The notes: generated by a model from the sequence alone, not told the origin. Positions 13,230 through 27,353 are shown, numbered from the stretch's first letter. The stretch: 64,000 nucleotides of DNA from Eledone cirrhosa (GCA_964016885.1 OZ024754.1:2108001-2172000), one strand, 5' to 3'. Numbers and translations are program-made.

Positions 13230-13740
13230 GGAATTCATATATTTTCGCCCCCACCTCATCAGTTTTTCTATATTTAATGTAGTATTGACCATTCCAATAT
13301 CAGAGAGATCGTAGAGAGATAATGTTGCTAGTGTTTTTGTGAATTTAAAAATTAGTACGAGTAGTAATTGATGTGATTTTTGTTGTTATTGAAGTTGTTG
13401 CTGTAGGAAGTAATGTTATGTTGCCTTGTATCTATTGATTCAGTTGTATCTCTTGTCTTCTCCAGTTGCTGTTTCAGTTGTCGATCTTATTACGTTACTT
13501 TTAGGGTCATCAAGTCTGAAATTTGTAGAAATTTATATCTTTTCTACAACTTTCTACAAATTTTCTAATTGATGACCCAATAGTTTGTATGTATTTTCAT
13601 GTTGTTTTGCAACTGTTCTTGTTCACAAGTTGGATTCACAAAACTATTATTTGGGTGAGATTTAGTGTTTATAGATTTAACCAGTTGAAAATTAGATGCT
13701 GGGTTTCCCTTAACCTGCTCTTCTTCTGTTCAGCGCAACG
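13230..13740 (-). pseudogene. Decayed Penelope-like 3' end (GIY-YIG C-terminus plus degenerate hammerhead)
   Basis: Minus-strand SRLRETQHLIFNWLNL near 13675-13722 resembles R..EQHLIF.L..L.P.GLN; downstream CTGATGA-GGTGGGGGC-GAAA-ATATAT at 13262-13237. Confidence 0.4.
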
Positions 13741-13812
13741 TTAAATATTTTCTACCCCTGCTCTAACTCTTCCCTATTATGTCCTTTATTATGTTCTTTA
13801 TTATGTCCTTAA

Positions 13813-13956
13813 GGGCGGTTGATTGGCAGTATCGGTAGAGGGTCAGATGCCATGCTTTGCAGCATAGAGTTACACCCCTTTATGATCAGAATTGAAATCC
13901 CGCCGAGGTTAACTTTGACTTTCATCCTTACGGGGTCGATAAAATAAAGTACCAGT
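13813..13956 (+). mobile_element. tRNA-derived SINE, family A
   Basis: GGCGGTTGATTGGCAGTATCGGTAGAG head, B-box-like GAATTGAAATCC, central CTTTCATCCTTACGGGGTCGATAAAATAAAGTACCAG domain. Confidence 0.9.
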
Positions 13957-14125
13957 CGATTAAATCTACCCCAGTGCGTGACTGGTACTTTATTTTATTG
14001 ACCAGTTAAGGATGAGAGGCAGGCAAAGTTAACCTCGGCGGGATTTGAACTCAGACCATAAAGGGATGTAACTCTATGCTGTAAAGCATGGTGTCCGACC
14101 CTCTACAGATATTGCCAATACACCC
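13957..14125 (-). mobile_element. SINE family A, tail-to-tail with the previous copy
   Basis: Reverse complement of the same consensus. Confidence 0.9.
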
Positions 14126-14154
14126 ATACGTACTTTACTTATAATAATAGTAAT

Positions 14155-14224
<70 letters not shown>

Positions 14225-14361
14225 CAATAGAGGGTGTAAATCGGACAATAAAACTCCATTCCATTAAGCACTCTAATGTTATTAATCTTTCTATTTACTT
14301 CCTTTTCCCTTTCTTTACTGGTTTCCATTTATTTCTATTATCAAAATTATTTTTATTATTA

Positions 14362-14398
<37 letters not shown>

Positions 14399-14844
14399 GG
14401 TTATTAGTAATATCGATGTTGTTGTTGTTGTGGTAACATTTTCGTAAGTTATTTTTGATATTACTATTATTATTATTATTATTATTACTATTATTATTAT
14501 TAGTTGCTGTTTTTGTTGGTTTTGTTGTTGTTAGAATATATTTTCCTGGTTTTCTTTCCTCTCCATTTTATTGTATTCTTCCACTACAAATTCCCTCCTT
14601 TCTTTCTGGTGTGTCTGTTTTTTTGTTTATTTTAAAAGGGATTCTCCTTGACTCCTTCGACCCACACACTCACACGTATAACCCTCTCGTATTTCTAGAA
14701 AATTCTGAGTCCGCGATCGTGATGACGGACGGTATTGGTTGCTTTCATAGGGATGATGCTAATAATGATGATGGCGATGAGGATTATTATGAGATATCCT
14801 TCCCTCTTTTATTAGCAAACCTTTCAAATATTCTATATCTTCCC

Positions 14845-14899
<55 letters not shown>

Positions 14900-15699
14900 C
14901 TGTGTGTATGTGTGTGTGCCTGTGTCAGAGAGTTTGGGCGTATGTGTGTATATAGATATATAGAGAGAGGAGAAAGACGAAAAAGTAGCATCTATTATAT
15001 AGTCCCTTTCCATGTGTCATGCATCATCACTGTAGTTGCCATTTTACTGATTGTTAGTGTGTTCAGTAGTTCAGTGTTCTTTCTTACACACACACACAGC
15101 ACCATCTAGAACATAATGCCGTGAACACACTCCATCTTGTAATATCTGTTTGCTGTTTCTTTCACATTCAAACACATATACATACATAAACTTACTTTTT
15201 CTTATTCTCTCTTCTGTTCTTTATCTCTATATCTCACTTTGGCTCTCTGTTTCTCTCTCTTACTTTGTTTCTTTCTCTCGCTCTCTCTCTCTTTCTCTCT
15301 TTCTCTCTCTCCCTCTGTTTTTTTCTCTATATATCTCTCTTGCTCTCTCACTCTCTCTGTTTCTCTCTCTCTCTCTCATACTTTGTTTCTTTCACATTGA
15401 TGCAAACATACGCACATAATTCTGGTTTCTTTCCTTTCCCCTCCCCTCGACGGAAAATCTGCTATAAATCTGCTCAGTGTGACCAAGGTGATTGACTAAG
15501 TCACTTAACATTATGAGAAATTGGACGGCAGCAAAAATGTCTCTCGAGAGTTGAGCGAGAATTCAGCGTGATTGAACGTGATATAAAAATGTACCAAGTA
15601 ATAGTGCTTATTGAAAACGGAGATGAACGAAAACTGGCAGAAGTAACATAAAAAAACACTAAAAAACAGTATCAATACTACCACTAAAAATACCACAAA

Positions 15700-15781
<82 letters not shown>

Positions 15782-16259
15782 AATGTTATCATTAATAATA
15801 AATACAAATAAATATCTTTAGTATATTTGGAACCGGGAAATTGGTTAAGTATACTGGTAGAAATATATATAGATATATAAGATTCCCAAAAGACAAAAGT
15901 AAAACACTCATAAAAAATATTGAAGATAAAAAACAAACGAGGAGAGCTTTAACAACTCTAACAATAACAATAACGATGATGACGAAAACGAGGAACATAA
16001 TAATCGTTTCTTTCATTGCCACAAGGCCAACAGTTTAGAGAACGTTACAAAGACCGGTTGCTAAAAGTGCTAGGGTTTACAGTGAAACTAAATTAATGAA
16101 AATGGAAAAAGATTTAAAATGGTATTTACAATATATGGAATGAACCTCCGGTGGTTTCAAAGACGAATATTTTAACTCTGAGAGGGAGATCAACTGAACA
16201 CATTGCTCATGAAATTAATGCGTTAGTATGCATTCCGCAAATATATATATATATATTTT

Positions 16260-16597
16260 TAACCGTTGGTCAATCAATGATGAACACTTATAGCCAAATA
16301 AATTAACTATGGAGATATAAAAGATACAGAAGCGAAAACCAACCAAACAGTGAGTGAGTTCTGGTGGATTGGCAGTATCGGTAGAGGATCGGACGCCATG
16401 CTTTGTAGCATAGAGTTATGTCCTTTTACGGTCTGGGTTCAAATCCCGTCGAGGTTAACTTTGCCTTTCATCCTCACGGGGTCGATAAAATAAAGTACCA
16501 GTAATGTACTGGGTAATTGCTTTCTTTGTGCCAAAATGTAGGAACATTTATTTCTGGCAATATTATTACAGCAATATGACCTTCCCCAATTATAACA

Positions 16598-16598
<1 letters not shown>
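16260..16598 (+). mobile_element. Diverged copy of the 30840-31466 element arm, interrupted by a SINE
   Basis: GAAGCGAAAACCAACCAAACAGTGAGTG.GTTCTG and TTCTGGCAATATT..AATATGACC.TCCCCAA.TATAACA match 31378-31462; ends in (TA)n. Confidence 0.75.
16363..16551 (+). mobile_element. SINE family A
   Basis: Full consensus match, B-box GGTTCAAATCC. Confidence 0.9.
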
Positions 16599-16663
<65 letters not shown>

Positions 16664-17340
16664 AAATTCTCAGAAAGATTCAGAGAGACAGTGTGTGATT
16701 GGTCTTTTGACTTACAGGTAGAGTCCTTTCGATAAGCTTCCAAACTGACCCGTCTGCAGAATTTCACTCAGAAATTTGCCACGGGCTTATATATGATGCT
16801 GTGTAATGACATCTTACATGAGATCCGAACCAGAGAAAAGGCTCACCTTCTTCTGATTGCGATTGCTGGTTAAGAATGTGTTGTTACAGCTACATGTCTT
16901 TTTCCAATAGTTGTTTCAAAGTTTTTGCAATGATTGTTAGCGATTGCGAGGGAGAGAAACCTTTACATATTGTATGAATGTGTTTAAGTGATTCAGTCGC
17001 TCATTCGGTCTTCTTGTGTTGATGACACATCGAAAACTCTAGATATACACATCGAAAACTCTAGATATATTAAAACCCACGTCAATGCTAACAACGTTAT
17101 CAGCAAATACCACAAATATAACAGCATCACGTTTACAAAAAAAAAAGTGTTCCTATAATCCTCGTTATGTTCACAAAACATTTTAGAGGTTTATTCACTT
17201 CATGCATTTTGAAAACTAAGCTACAACAACATTAACAAGAACACTATTAAGAGTGAAAGTCAAAATAATATATCGAGATTTGATTAGTAACGAATAATGA
17301 GTGTTGCAGATATGAATGTCCGCACTGCCCTATATGTATG

Positions 17341-17430
<90 letters not shown>

Positions 17431-17476
17431 TATGTATATAAATATATATATATATGCATATATATACATATATATA

Positions 17477-17532
<56 letters not shown>

Positions 17533-17583
17533 CATATTGCATATATTTACGTATATATACACAGATATATATATATACATGTA

Positions 17584-17695
<112 letters not shown>

Positions 17696-18193
17696 AAATG
17701 GCTTGATAAACGCTTGGAGGTGTGATATACGGGAGAATAAGAGGCTGCAAATGTATGCTTTTTTTATTTTTCTTCTATACTATATAAAAGGGAAGTCTGA
17801 AATGGCGAGCGTCTGTGTACGTACTTTACTTAAATATGACAAGAGATTCCCAGAAAAAAATCCCATGAAAAATAAGACAAAAGAAGGACATCCGTGAGAA
17901 TATGCAATACATTGGTAAAGAGGATTGCTAGAAGGAAATCAATAGGAAAGATGATAGACGAGATGAAACATTGGCTAACGTAGAATAATGAATATTTGAG
18001 GAAATAGCAATTATGAGAAAAGTGTGTTTATACATACACGCACACACACACACATTCACACACTCACACTCACACATATATATGGCTATACTTATCCAGC
18101 TCTATATATGTGAATTCATATGTACAATCACACACACACACAAACACACATATATGTATATACATACATACACACAGACAAATATTTAAGTGC

Positions 18194-18324
<131 letters not shown>

Positions 18325-19228
18325 TGTGTTTGTGCATGCACATATGTAAATAAATGCATATATATATATATATACAATATATTAACAAATGGAAACTATA
18401 TTTATAAAACCATATTTATTTCATTATACATATTTCAAGGACACCAACGCAAATTATGGTGCGCTTTCATGAGATAAAATATAATATAGATCAGTTTTAT
18501 AAACAAATATTGACATACCCTTAAAAGAATGCGACCATGTCGGTTGGAAGCTCCCGGATAGTATTTTTACTCCAAAAATTTGTTGAGTGCTTTATATCAG
18601 TTATGAAAATATTTGCTTGTTGTATCGCAACAAATTAAATATAACTTCTACATATATATATATACACACTTATGAAAATTAGCAAGTCTAATTACACATT
18701 TGTTATATCAGAACAGAAAAAAGATTTAAGGAATTAACTTCGAATGTTCATGATATTTTTACCGTTGTCTGGGAAAGAACTACCAAGACATGACACGTGC
18801 AGCGATCACTAATAATGCCGAAGAGGAACTAGAACTTGCTGGAAATGGCCGGTATAATTTCCAACATATACTTGCGCTTGAAAACGCTGTCAACAAAGCG
18901 CATTTTACATATGTAAAACACCTGGCAATGATTTGAGACAGAGGTAAGAAAATAATAGATTCCTGCAAAATATTGTTCATAATTTAGCCAGAGGCATGTT
19001 GTAATGTTTCAATATTTATTTCTTAAATCCTAATATATTATCTCACCTAGCTCGTTGTATTTATATTAGAGGTTTTATTGGTGAATTTTAGGGCAGAATT
19101 ACATAAGTGCCCACCGCTTATTCGGTTTTTAGAAATATTTTATAAACAAGAATCCCTCCACGCCTATCGTAAATTTATACATATTAATATATATTCCTCA
19201 ATATATTTTCATATATGTTATTGAATAT

Positions 19229-19311
<83 letters not shown>

Positions 19312-19375
19312 TGTCTGTTTGTGCGTGTGTGTGTATATATATATATATATGTATACATATATATACGTGTCTGTT

Positions 19376-19429
<54 letters not shown>

Positions 19430-19437
19430 GGTCTGTT

Positions 19438-19471
<34 letters not shown>

Positions 19472-20826
19472 CACACACATACGCGTGAATACCTACATGT
19501 TTCTATGTGAATGCAACAAAACAGTGTGTCCATGTGTCAATATGAATGTTTGTATTCAGAACAAGATAGTGAGCCATAGATATAGATTAATTAGTTATCG
19601 GTAGTGGTATGTTGAAGGCTTATGGTGCGATAGCATTATTTGTTCAGATGTTTTGCTGATCAATAAGAGAGGACCAGCTCATTACATTCGTTCTGAATAC
19701 AAGCGGAAAGAGCAAAGCAATTGAATTGAAATGTCTTTAGTGTTGCCACAGAAATATCGAAAATGTCTGCAGAAATAGTGTGTGTGTGAGAGAGAGAGAG
19801 GGAGGGAGGGGGAAGGGGGGAAGGGGAGGCTGGAGAGACAGTGAACGAGAGATAGTGAAGAAGGAAGACAACTATAGGGAACGACTGAAATATGTGAAAC
19901 AAAAACGAAATATATTCGAGAGATCATAAAATATCATTTCATCTAATTACCAATTAACATTATGAATATCATTAATTTTATGTGTCACCATGTATATAAT
20001 ATATATATATATATTATATATATATGCATATATATATATATATATATACATACATAAGTGTGTGTGAGTGTATTGTATGTGATTCTACGTATGTATATAT
20101 ATAATATTATATGCCTCTCTTACACGCCCACCACTTTTCCCCTTTACATAAGAATCCGTCTTTCTATGAGCTCGCTCCATTTATGTAATTTCCTGGGCAT
20201 CGAATACTCTCTCCCTCTCATACACACATTCTTTCTCACTCTCTCTCTCTCTCTCTCTTTATTCCCTTATCTCTCTCTCTCTCTTCTCTTATCTCTCAAT
20301 ATCTCAAAGTTATTAATTCGATATGCTGTTAAACCGGAAGCATATATTTAAAATATCGTAGGAAGTGTATCTATAACATCAGAATTTTCTTCCTATAATT
20401 ATTTTAACAATGATCGGCGTTTCTATATAAAACGGATTCAATAAACTATATAAACAGTCGAGATCGATAAAATAAATAGCGATCGATTTCTATGCAGGTG
20501 TCTCTTAAACATCCCTCTCATTACAAAAGGTCGCTAAATTTGTGATTCTGTGGTAATTTCCAAACCAATAACATCGATTTCGTAAAAATACAAGCTTACA
20601 GTTTAAAATGCAATGTTAAATTATCCTATCCAAACACATTAGCAAGGCCACATATAAAACTTAATAGACATATCAATAATGGTTTCTGATTTAGGAACAA
20701 GGAAAAGAATTTGGAACGAGAGGAATGTCGATTAATTCTACACACAGACACAAACGACCAGCATCTATATTATATATATATATATACAGATATGAGAAAA
20801 ACCACAGACCCTCCATCTCAACTCTA

Positions 20827-20862
20827 CTTTTGAAAAGCAGAAGAACTGCGAAACCGGTAAAG
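20827..20862 (+). ncRNA. Minimal hammerhead, U3-A8 core variant
   Basis: CTT TTGAAAA GCAG-aagaa-CTGC GAAAC-CG-GTA AAG; palindromic stem III ACCGGT. Confidence 0.65.
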
Positions 20863-21062
20863 GAACCAAATAAATATATATATATTTTTTTAAATAAAAC
20901 TCCAGTGGCATTTTCGATTTCATCTTTTTTTCTTTATACTTTCACTCGTGTAGGACACCTCGGTTATTTTTCATTTTGTAAAAAAACCCTCACTTTCTAA
21001 TATATGTATGAAGTAAGGGAAAGGTCCAGGAAAAAGGAGTGTTGTATATAGGTTACAGAGCT

Positions 21063-21287
21063 TATTAGTTATGTAATAAACAACATAAGATAATTATTTC
21101 ATTTACCAGTTTTGCTTTCAATCATCAGAATGAAAAAATCCTGGTGTATTTATTGAAAGTGGATTTGAAAAACCACTTTCAATAAATACACCAGGATTTT
21201 TTCATTCTGATGACTGAAAGCAAATTTATTTGCTTTCAAGAAACCACTGGTAAATGAAATAATTATCTTATGTTGTTTATTACATAA

Positions 21288-21293
<6 letters not shown>
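21063..21293. repeat. Inverted repeat (Penelope-like fold-back) ending in (TA)n
   Basis: Arms TATTAGTTATGTAATAAAC.. / ..GTTTATTACATAACTAATA, about 10-nt loop at 21163-21172; the left arm lacks about 25 nt. Confidence 0.9.
21200..21259 (+). ncRNA. Type-I hammerhead ribozyme motif
   Basis: Stem I TTTCATT/AATGAAA (7 bp); CTGATGA 21207-21213; stem II TGAAAGCAAAT/ATTTGCTTTCA (C-A mismatch at base); GAAAC-CACTG-GTA 21240-21252. Confidence 0.8.
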
Positions 21294-21370
<77 letters not shown>

Positions 21371-21373
21371 TAT

Positions 21374-21555
21374 AACGAAGGAGGTGTGGTAAGGAACCAG
21401 TGGATCATAACGCACCAGAGTACTCGATACTTGGGGTAGTAGAGTGGGTAATAGGAAAAGAGACAGGACCCGACAGCTGAGCTCTGGCCGTTTTGACAGC
21501 TAGGTCCTAGCTGTCGAAATGGCCGGAGCCCAGCCGTCGGGGTACTGAGTGTTTT

Positions 21556-21560
<5 letters not shown>
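21374..21560. mobile_element. Family C element with both arms of the hairpin
   Basis: Centre GACAGCTAG-GTC-CTAGCTGTC; arms ATAGGAAAA..GACAGCTG / CAGCCGTC..TTTTCCTAT; (TA)n on both sides. Confidence 0.85.
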
Positions 21561-21615
<55 letters not shown>

Positions 21616-21935
21616 CCAGAAGCTTTACTGAATTATTAATATCTTCGATTCTACAAAAATTAGAATATAATTTTTTTAATCAGCAACTTTCTAGGTTCCC
21701 CTTGAAAAAAATAACTTTAAGCAACGGGGCTTCTTGCAACGGCAAATATAGATCAAAATAGTCAATCGTTAAAATTATCGTCACGGATCTATTACTCATC
21801 CTTGAATCACATTTCTCCTTGTTGCTGAGATACATATCGTCCATTTACAGGTGTATCTTCTCAATTGAATATATTTAATATTTATTCAGCATGAGTCGTA
21901 TATTTTGCAACTATATATATATATATATATATATA

Positions 21936-22000
21936 CGTAGGTCCCGGGTTGAGTAGGGGATAACCACAGTAAGTAAAGTACTCAATACAAGGCAGAGATT
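21936..22000 (-). mobile_element. Family D tail (TA-docked)
   Basis: GGGGATAACCACAGTAAGTAAAGTACTCAATACAAGGCAGAG matches 48905-48947 and the reverse complement of 50815-50857. Confidence 0.65.
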
Positions 22001-22190
22001 ACTTAGTGGGTGGAGCCTGGAGCTTGTAACCGCGAGGTCGTGGGATTTTTTCTCGCACCGGGGAATGCGTTGCTCTAGTTTACCTGAATTCTGCTTTACG
22101 TCCTGATGACACAGCAACACCCAAAATGTAAAATAAAATATATGTATGTTTATATGTAAATATGCACGTATATATATATATATCTATCTT

Positions 22191-22292
<102 letters not shown>

Positions 22293-22865
22293 TGCTATAC
22301 TTTAATAGACGTACATCTGCAAACATATAGTTATATAAATATGTGCTATGCAATAAATAACTTCATGAAATTATTTACCTCTAATAATCAACGCGTGTCT
22401 TCCTTTAAATGTAACAGAAACAGACGGGCAATAATGAATGTACATTAAAACATTCCATGTTCTCATAAGACTTTCGGTACATTTATGTTAAAAACACTAA
22501 TAATTCAATTTCTATTAGTTTTTGAAGATAGCTTTAAAGGACAATATATAAATATAGTCACGCATATTTTTTAGTATACATAACATATATACACTAACAC
22601 ACACACATACACACATACAGACACACACACCTACACATACCAACACACACACATATATATATATATAGGCATACATATACACGTAGGGAAAGCAGAAGCA
22701 TCGGGATGAGTATGTGTTGATAAAGAATGAGTTGAAATATAATAAAGTATGTTTTTCGATTGTGCGCATGCATGTGTGGTTGTGCGCGCATGGTTGTATA
22801 TGTGTGCATGTATATATATGTATGTAAAGGGTAAAGAACCCCCCTTCGTATATATACATACACAC

Positions 22866-22918
<53 letters not shown>

Positions 22919-23643
22919 AGTGCGTATGTGCTGTATAAATGTATGTATGAACAACACATATAATATGTCTTTCTTCAACAGAAGGTATAAACATTGCTGA
23001 GATCTTTTCAACCTCACGTAATGTTCGGCATAAATAGAATTACCAGAGATATTAACTTTGCAAGGTTCAATAGGACAGCTTAGTGTTGGCCTTTGTCGTC
23101 TTCCTTACAAATCTTTCTAAAATAGTATTTATATTATTTAACTGTGGACATATATTTAGGCCGTTTAATATGTTGATGCCTGATATTAAGTAAATACATT
23201 ATACTGTACCGTATTTCTAAGATAGTTCTATTTATTTCTTGCCCCCCTACAGTACGACATGATTTATATAAATGTCGGACGATCTTAATCAAAATACAAT
23301 CAGAACTAATGCTGTTGATTGTGATTATCATCTTGATTATGTGGATCATTATGAGGATGGGCTTTGATGATCATAATGTTGGCGCTGGTGGTGGTGGTGG
23401 TGGTGGTGGTGGTGTGTGTGTGGGGGGGGGGGGGGGGTGATGCTAAAGATAATGATCTTGCTATTAAACATGATGATGGCGCTGATTATTATTTTGAGGA
23501 ATTGTAGGTGTAGGTTTTGTCCAATAATGATTGACTAATTCCTTTAACTTTTGACCGTATATGTTTGATGTTTTTGTTTGTCTGTGAAGGGGTGTTCCTT
23601 TATTTAAATCACCTGACGGTTGTATATTATATATGTGTATATA

Positions 23644-23758
<115 letters not shown>

Positions 23759-23759
23759 G

Positions 23760-23862
<103 letters not shown>

Positions 23863-23863
23863 G

Positions 23864-23908
<45 letters not shown>

Positions 23909-24246
23909 TTGTGTTAGCCCAGCGCACTAAACATCAGATAGCCCACTGACCCGTTTAGAAACATTTCTTAGAAAGTGTATGTTAAACGGAAATTCTAACT
24001 CCAGGACATGAGAGACGGTTGACCCGTCAGTGTATTGTTGCTGCCTGGAGTAAATGTAATTTCCTTACCTTTCGTAATGATTGGCACACGTGACATAATT
24101 AAATACATGCTTCACTATCAATGAATACCATTTACAAGCTGTCCCTTTTCGGCACTCACTCCCCCTCTTACTCACATACATACATAATTACGTACTCTAT
24201 GAGAAACTCCTTCCCTTTTCAACACTCACTCCCCCTGTCACTCACA

Positions 24247-24483
24247 CACCTGCATAATTACGTACTCTATCATAAACTCCTTCCAACACCTGCATAATTA
24301 CTTACTCTATCATAAACTCCTTCCAACACCTGCATAATTACGTACTCTATCATAAACTCCTTCCAACACCTGCATAATTACTTACTCTATCATAAACTCC
24401 TTCCAACACCTGCATAATTACGTACTCTATCATAAACTCCTTCCAACACCTGCATAATTACGTACTCTATCATAAACTCCTTC
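24247..24483. repeat. 40-bp minisatellite, about 6 copies
   Basis: Unit CACCTGCATAATTAC(G/T)TACTCTATCATAAACTCCTTCCAA, period 40. Confidence 0.95.
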
Positions 24484-24744
24484 ACTCATTCACTCACTCC
24501 CCCTGTCACTCATTCACTCAGATGCTCAGTATTTCTTTGTCAATGAAGGAGGCAGTTTCGGTGTTTAGGATATGTGGATTATAAAGATATGATTGTGAGT
24601 TTGCTTCCGGGTGGTAAGTTCTAATCTGGAAGAAGACCATTTATTGCCAATTTCTTGAGTACCTTCACATGTGTGTCATCTGAAATGCATCTTAACGGAG
24701 TGAATCTTCAATCAGCCGTGCAAACTGACATTACGATTACTCAT

Positions 24745-24747
24745 CTC

Positions 24748-24821
<74 letters not shown>

Positions 24822-24980
24822 TCTACTACTACTTCTACTACTTCTTCTTCAACTACTACTACTTCTTCTTCAACTACTACTACTACTATACTACTACTAC
24901 TTCTACTACTACTACTACTTCTACTACTACTACTACTACTACTTCTACTACTACTTCTTCTACTACTACTACTTCTACTA
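24745..24980. repeat. (CTA)n/(CTT)n microsatellite
   Basis: Direct reading. Confidence 0.95.
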
Positions 24981-25403
24981 CCACTTGAGTCACCCCCCCC
25001 CCATCGAAGGTGAAACACGCAAGAAGTTCTCGTTCCAGACTTCCCAATTTCTCATTGCAACACGAATATCCCATCGAGTTAGACCAGAGTCCCTCGCCAA
25101 CAGAGTCCAAGTATATATATGCCATCATCCCACATACATCCAACAGATCAATTTTGTAATCTTTTCTGCAAATTGCTATTACAATTACAATACCGTCTTA
25201 ATGCACAGAATTACTCGGCAGCAAGTTGGCTGATGAGGTAAGGATGCAACAGTATGTTCCTTTGACGTAAGACTGCATTTTTTTCTGATATATATATATA
25301 TATAACAGTCTATTTACATGCCAACACAAGAGCAAGAATGAAGGGTTCATTCTACTGACATGGCTTTAAAAATGAGGCTTGTTTGCATAATTGCAAACAA
25401 ATC

Positions 25404-25598
25404 GGGCGGTGGATTGGCAGTATCGGTAGAGGCTCGGACGCCATGCTTTGCAGCAAAGAGTTACGGCCCTTTATGGTCTGAGTTCAAATCCCGCCGAGGT
25501 TAACTTTGCCTTTCATCCTTACGGGGTCGATAAAATAAGGTACCAGTAATGCACTGGGTACTTGCTGGCCTTGTTCCAAAAATAGAAAAAATTATTAA
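25404..25598 (+). mobile_element. SINE family A, full length
   Basis: GGGCGGTGGATTGGCAGTATCGG..GAGTTCAAATCCCGCC..GCTGGCCTTGTTCCAAAAATAGAAA. Confidence 0.92.
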
Positions 25599-25885
25599 TA
25601 TTCGAAAAACTCAGATTACATTTATATATATATACCAAAAGACTTTGGTACGCTTTCTTCAGATAAAATACGAAATTTGTTTTATAAAGAGAGACATACC
25701 CAGGAAAATTATACCTTATCAGTTGGATATTCTCTGGATAGTGGAAATGTATTAGGGATTTTTCAAACTTATGGGTCAATACGCAAATGAATATGTAAAT
25801 AATTGAAAAACAACCGTTTATTTAAACGACTAAGGAGAGAAATTAAATACCCCCTTCTACTTATATATATATATATATATATATT

Positions 25886-25931
<46 letters not shown>

Positions 25932-26511
25932 TCTGTGTGTGTGTGTGTCTGTGTGTGTGTAAATATATTTATATGTGTGAATGTGTGTGTATAAATATAC
26001 ATATATATATATAAATATATAAATCTGTGTTAAAAATATGTCAACAACACATTTTTTTAACAGAGAAAAAGACATTCTTCATAGCTAATAAAATTGTTGT
26101 CATGTTTTGGCGCCAATTGTACACCGACAAGTTAAGAAACGTTGAATAAACAATATGTAATGTACAACCTTACAGTATATGACATAAATCATGACACGTT
26201 TTGGCTGTGTCAGAATATGACTTTAACTAGGAAATATATATAGATATAGCTAGCAAGAAATGTGAACTTTTATGATTAAATGGAGTTAATAACGAATGTC
26301 CTTCAGAATCTCCTTTAAAAACATGCAAAGTGCCGAAGATATTGCAGAAATTTTAAGTGTTAATGTATAATGCATCATCTACTTTAAACTCACCTGCTAA
26401 GTCTTTACTATATTAAATATACCAGACGTGAAGATGATGTATATACAGGTATATCTCTATATATCTATAGAAAGACACACACATATATATAAAAATACAG
26501 AGCTACACACA

Positions 26512-26551
<40 letters not shown>

Positions 26552-26630
26552 TTGTGTGTGTGTGTATGTGTGTGTATGTATGTATTTATTAAATATGCAT
26601 AAATGATTTAGAAAGACTCACAATTACCTC

Positions 26631-26711
<81 letters not shown>

Positions 26712-26713
<2 letters not shown>

Positions 26714-26810
26714 ATAATAGTAATAATAATAAATTTGAAGACTAAAATCCAAAGAGGGCTCGATAAGGATAAATATATATCAGATATATAAGAACGGTAG
26801 AGCAAATGGA
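26712..26810 (-). mobile_element. Dispersed TA-docked repeat, family E
   Basis: AATAAATTTGAAGACTAAAATCCAAAGAGGGCTCGATAAGGATA; also at 290-325, and inverted at about 7908-7953 and 29055-29101. Confidence 0.7.
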
Positions 26811-27353
26811 CAATGCGATGTATTCTTTCTTTTCTTTGAATTCTATTTATTAAACGGAATCTTGAGAACATTTTCAATTTTGTTCTCAATTTCCACTTAC
26901 TAAAAGTCTTTTAGTCGATGACGTCATACTTTACAATTTGATGCTTCTCCCTATATATTTAGAAGTTCTCAAAAGTTTTATAATCTCCCTAGACATTCAG
27001 AAATTCTGAAAAAGTCGAAACATAAATATTAAAAGGAAAATAAGTAAAAAATAAATAAATATGAAATTAATGAAACCTTTGCTGCTTGTGAAGTTTGTGG
27101 AAAAATTTACCTTTTCCGAGGCTGGATTACGATCTCATATAAGACCACATAATAGAGTACATGCGACGGATTAGAAAACATACCGGAACGTACGTACCTG
27201 GTATGGCACCACTGTAGTAACTGGCCTTTATAATTATATTCAAATTCGCTCTATAGACTTGATATGCTCTATACATTGGACGTATTTACCTACCTATTAC
27301 TACTACATATAAATAAATATATATACATTTATATATACATATATATTATTTTG

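Noticed and set aside
15455-15510. TATA box / initiator candidate (CTATAAAT)
   Set aside because: Spacing to Inr-like motifs is wrong and no downstream gene is supported.
16700-16860. Minus-strand splice donors (GTAAGT, GTGAGC); also plus-strand donors at about 25237 and 62869
   Set aside because: No recognisable coding exon attached; cannot be supported without transcripts.
18420-18860. Possible GIY-YIG remnant (QIMVRFHEIK) and a degenerate CCGAAGA..GAAA core
   Set aside because: Similarity too weak to call by eye.
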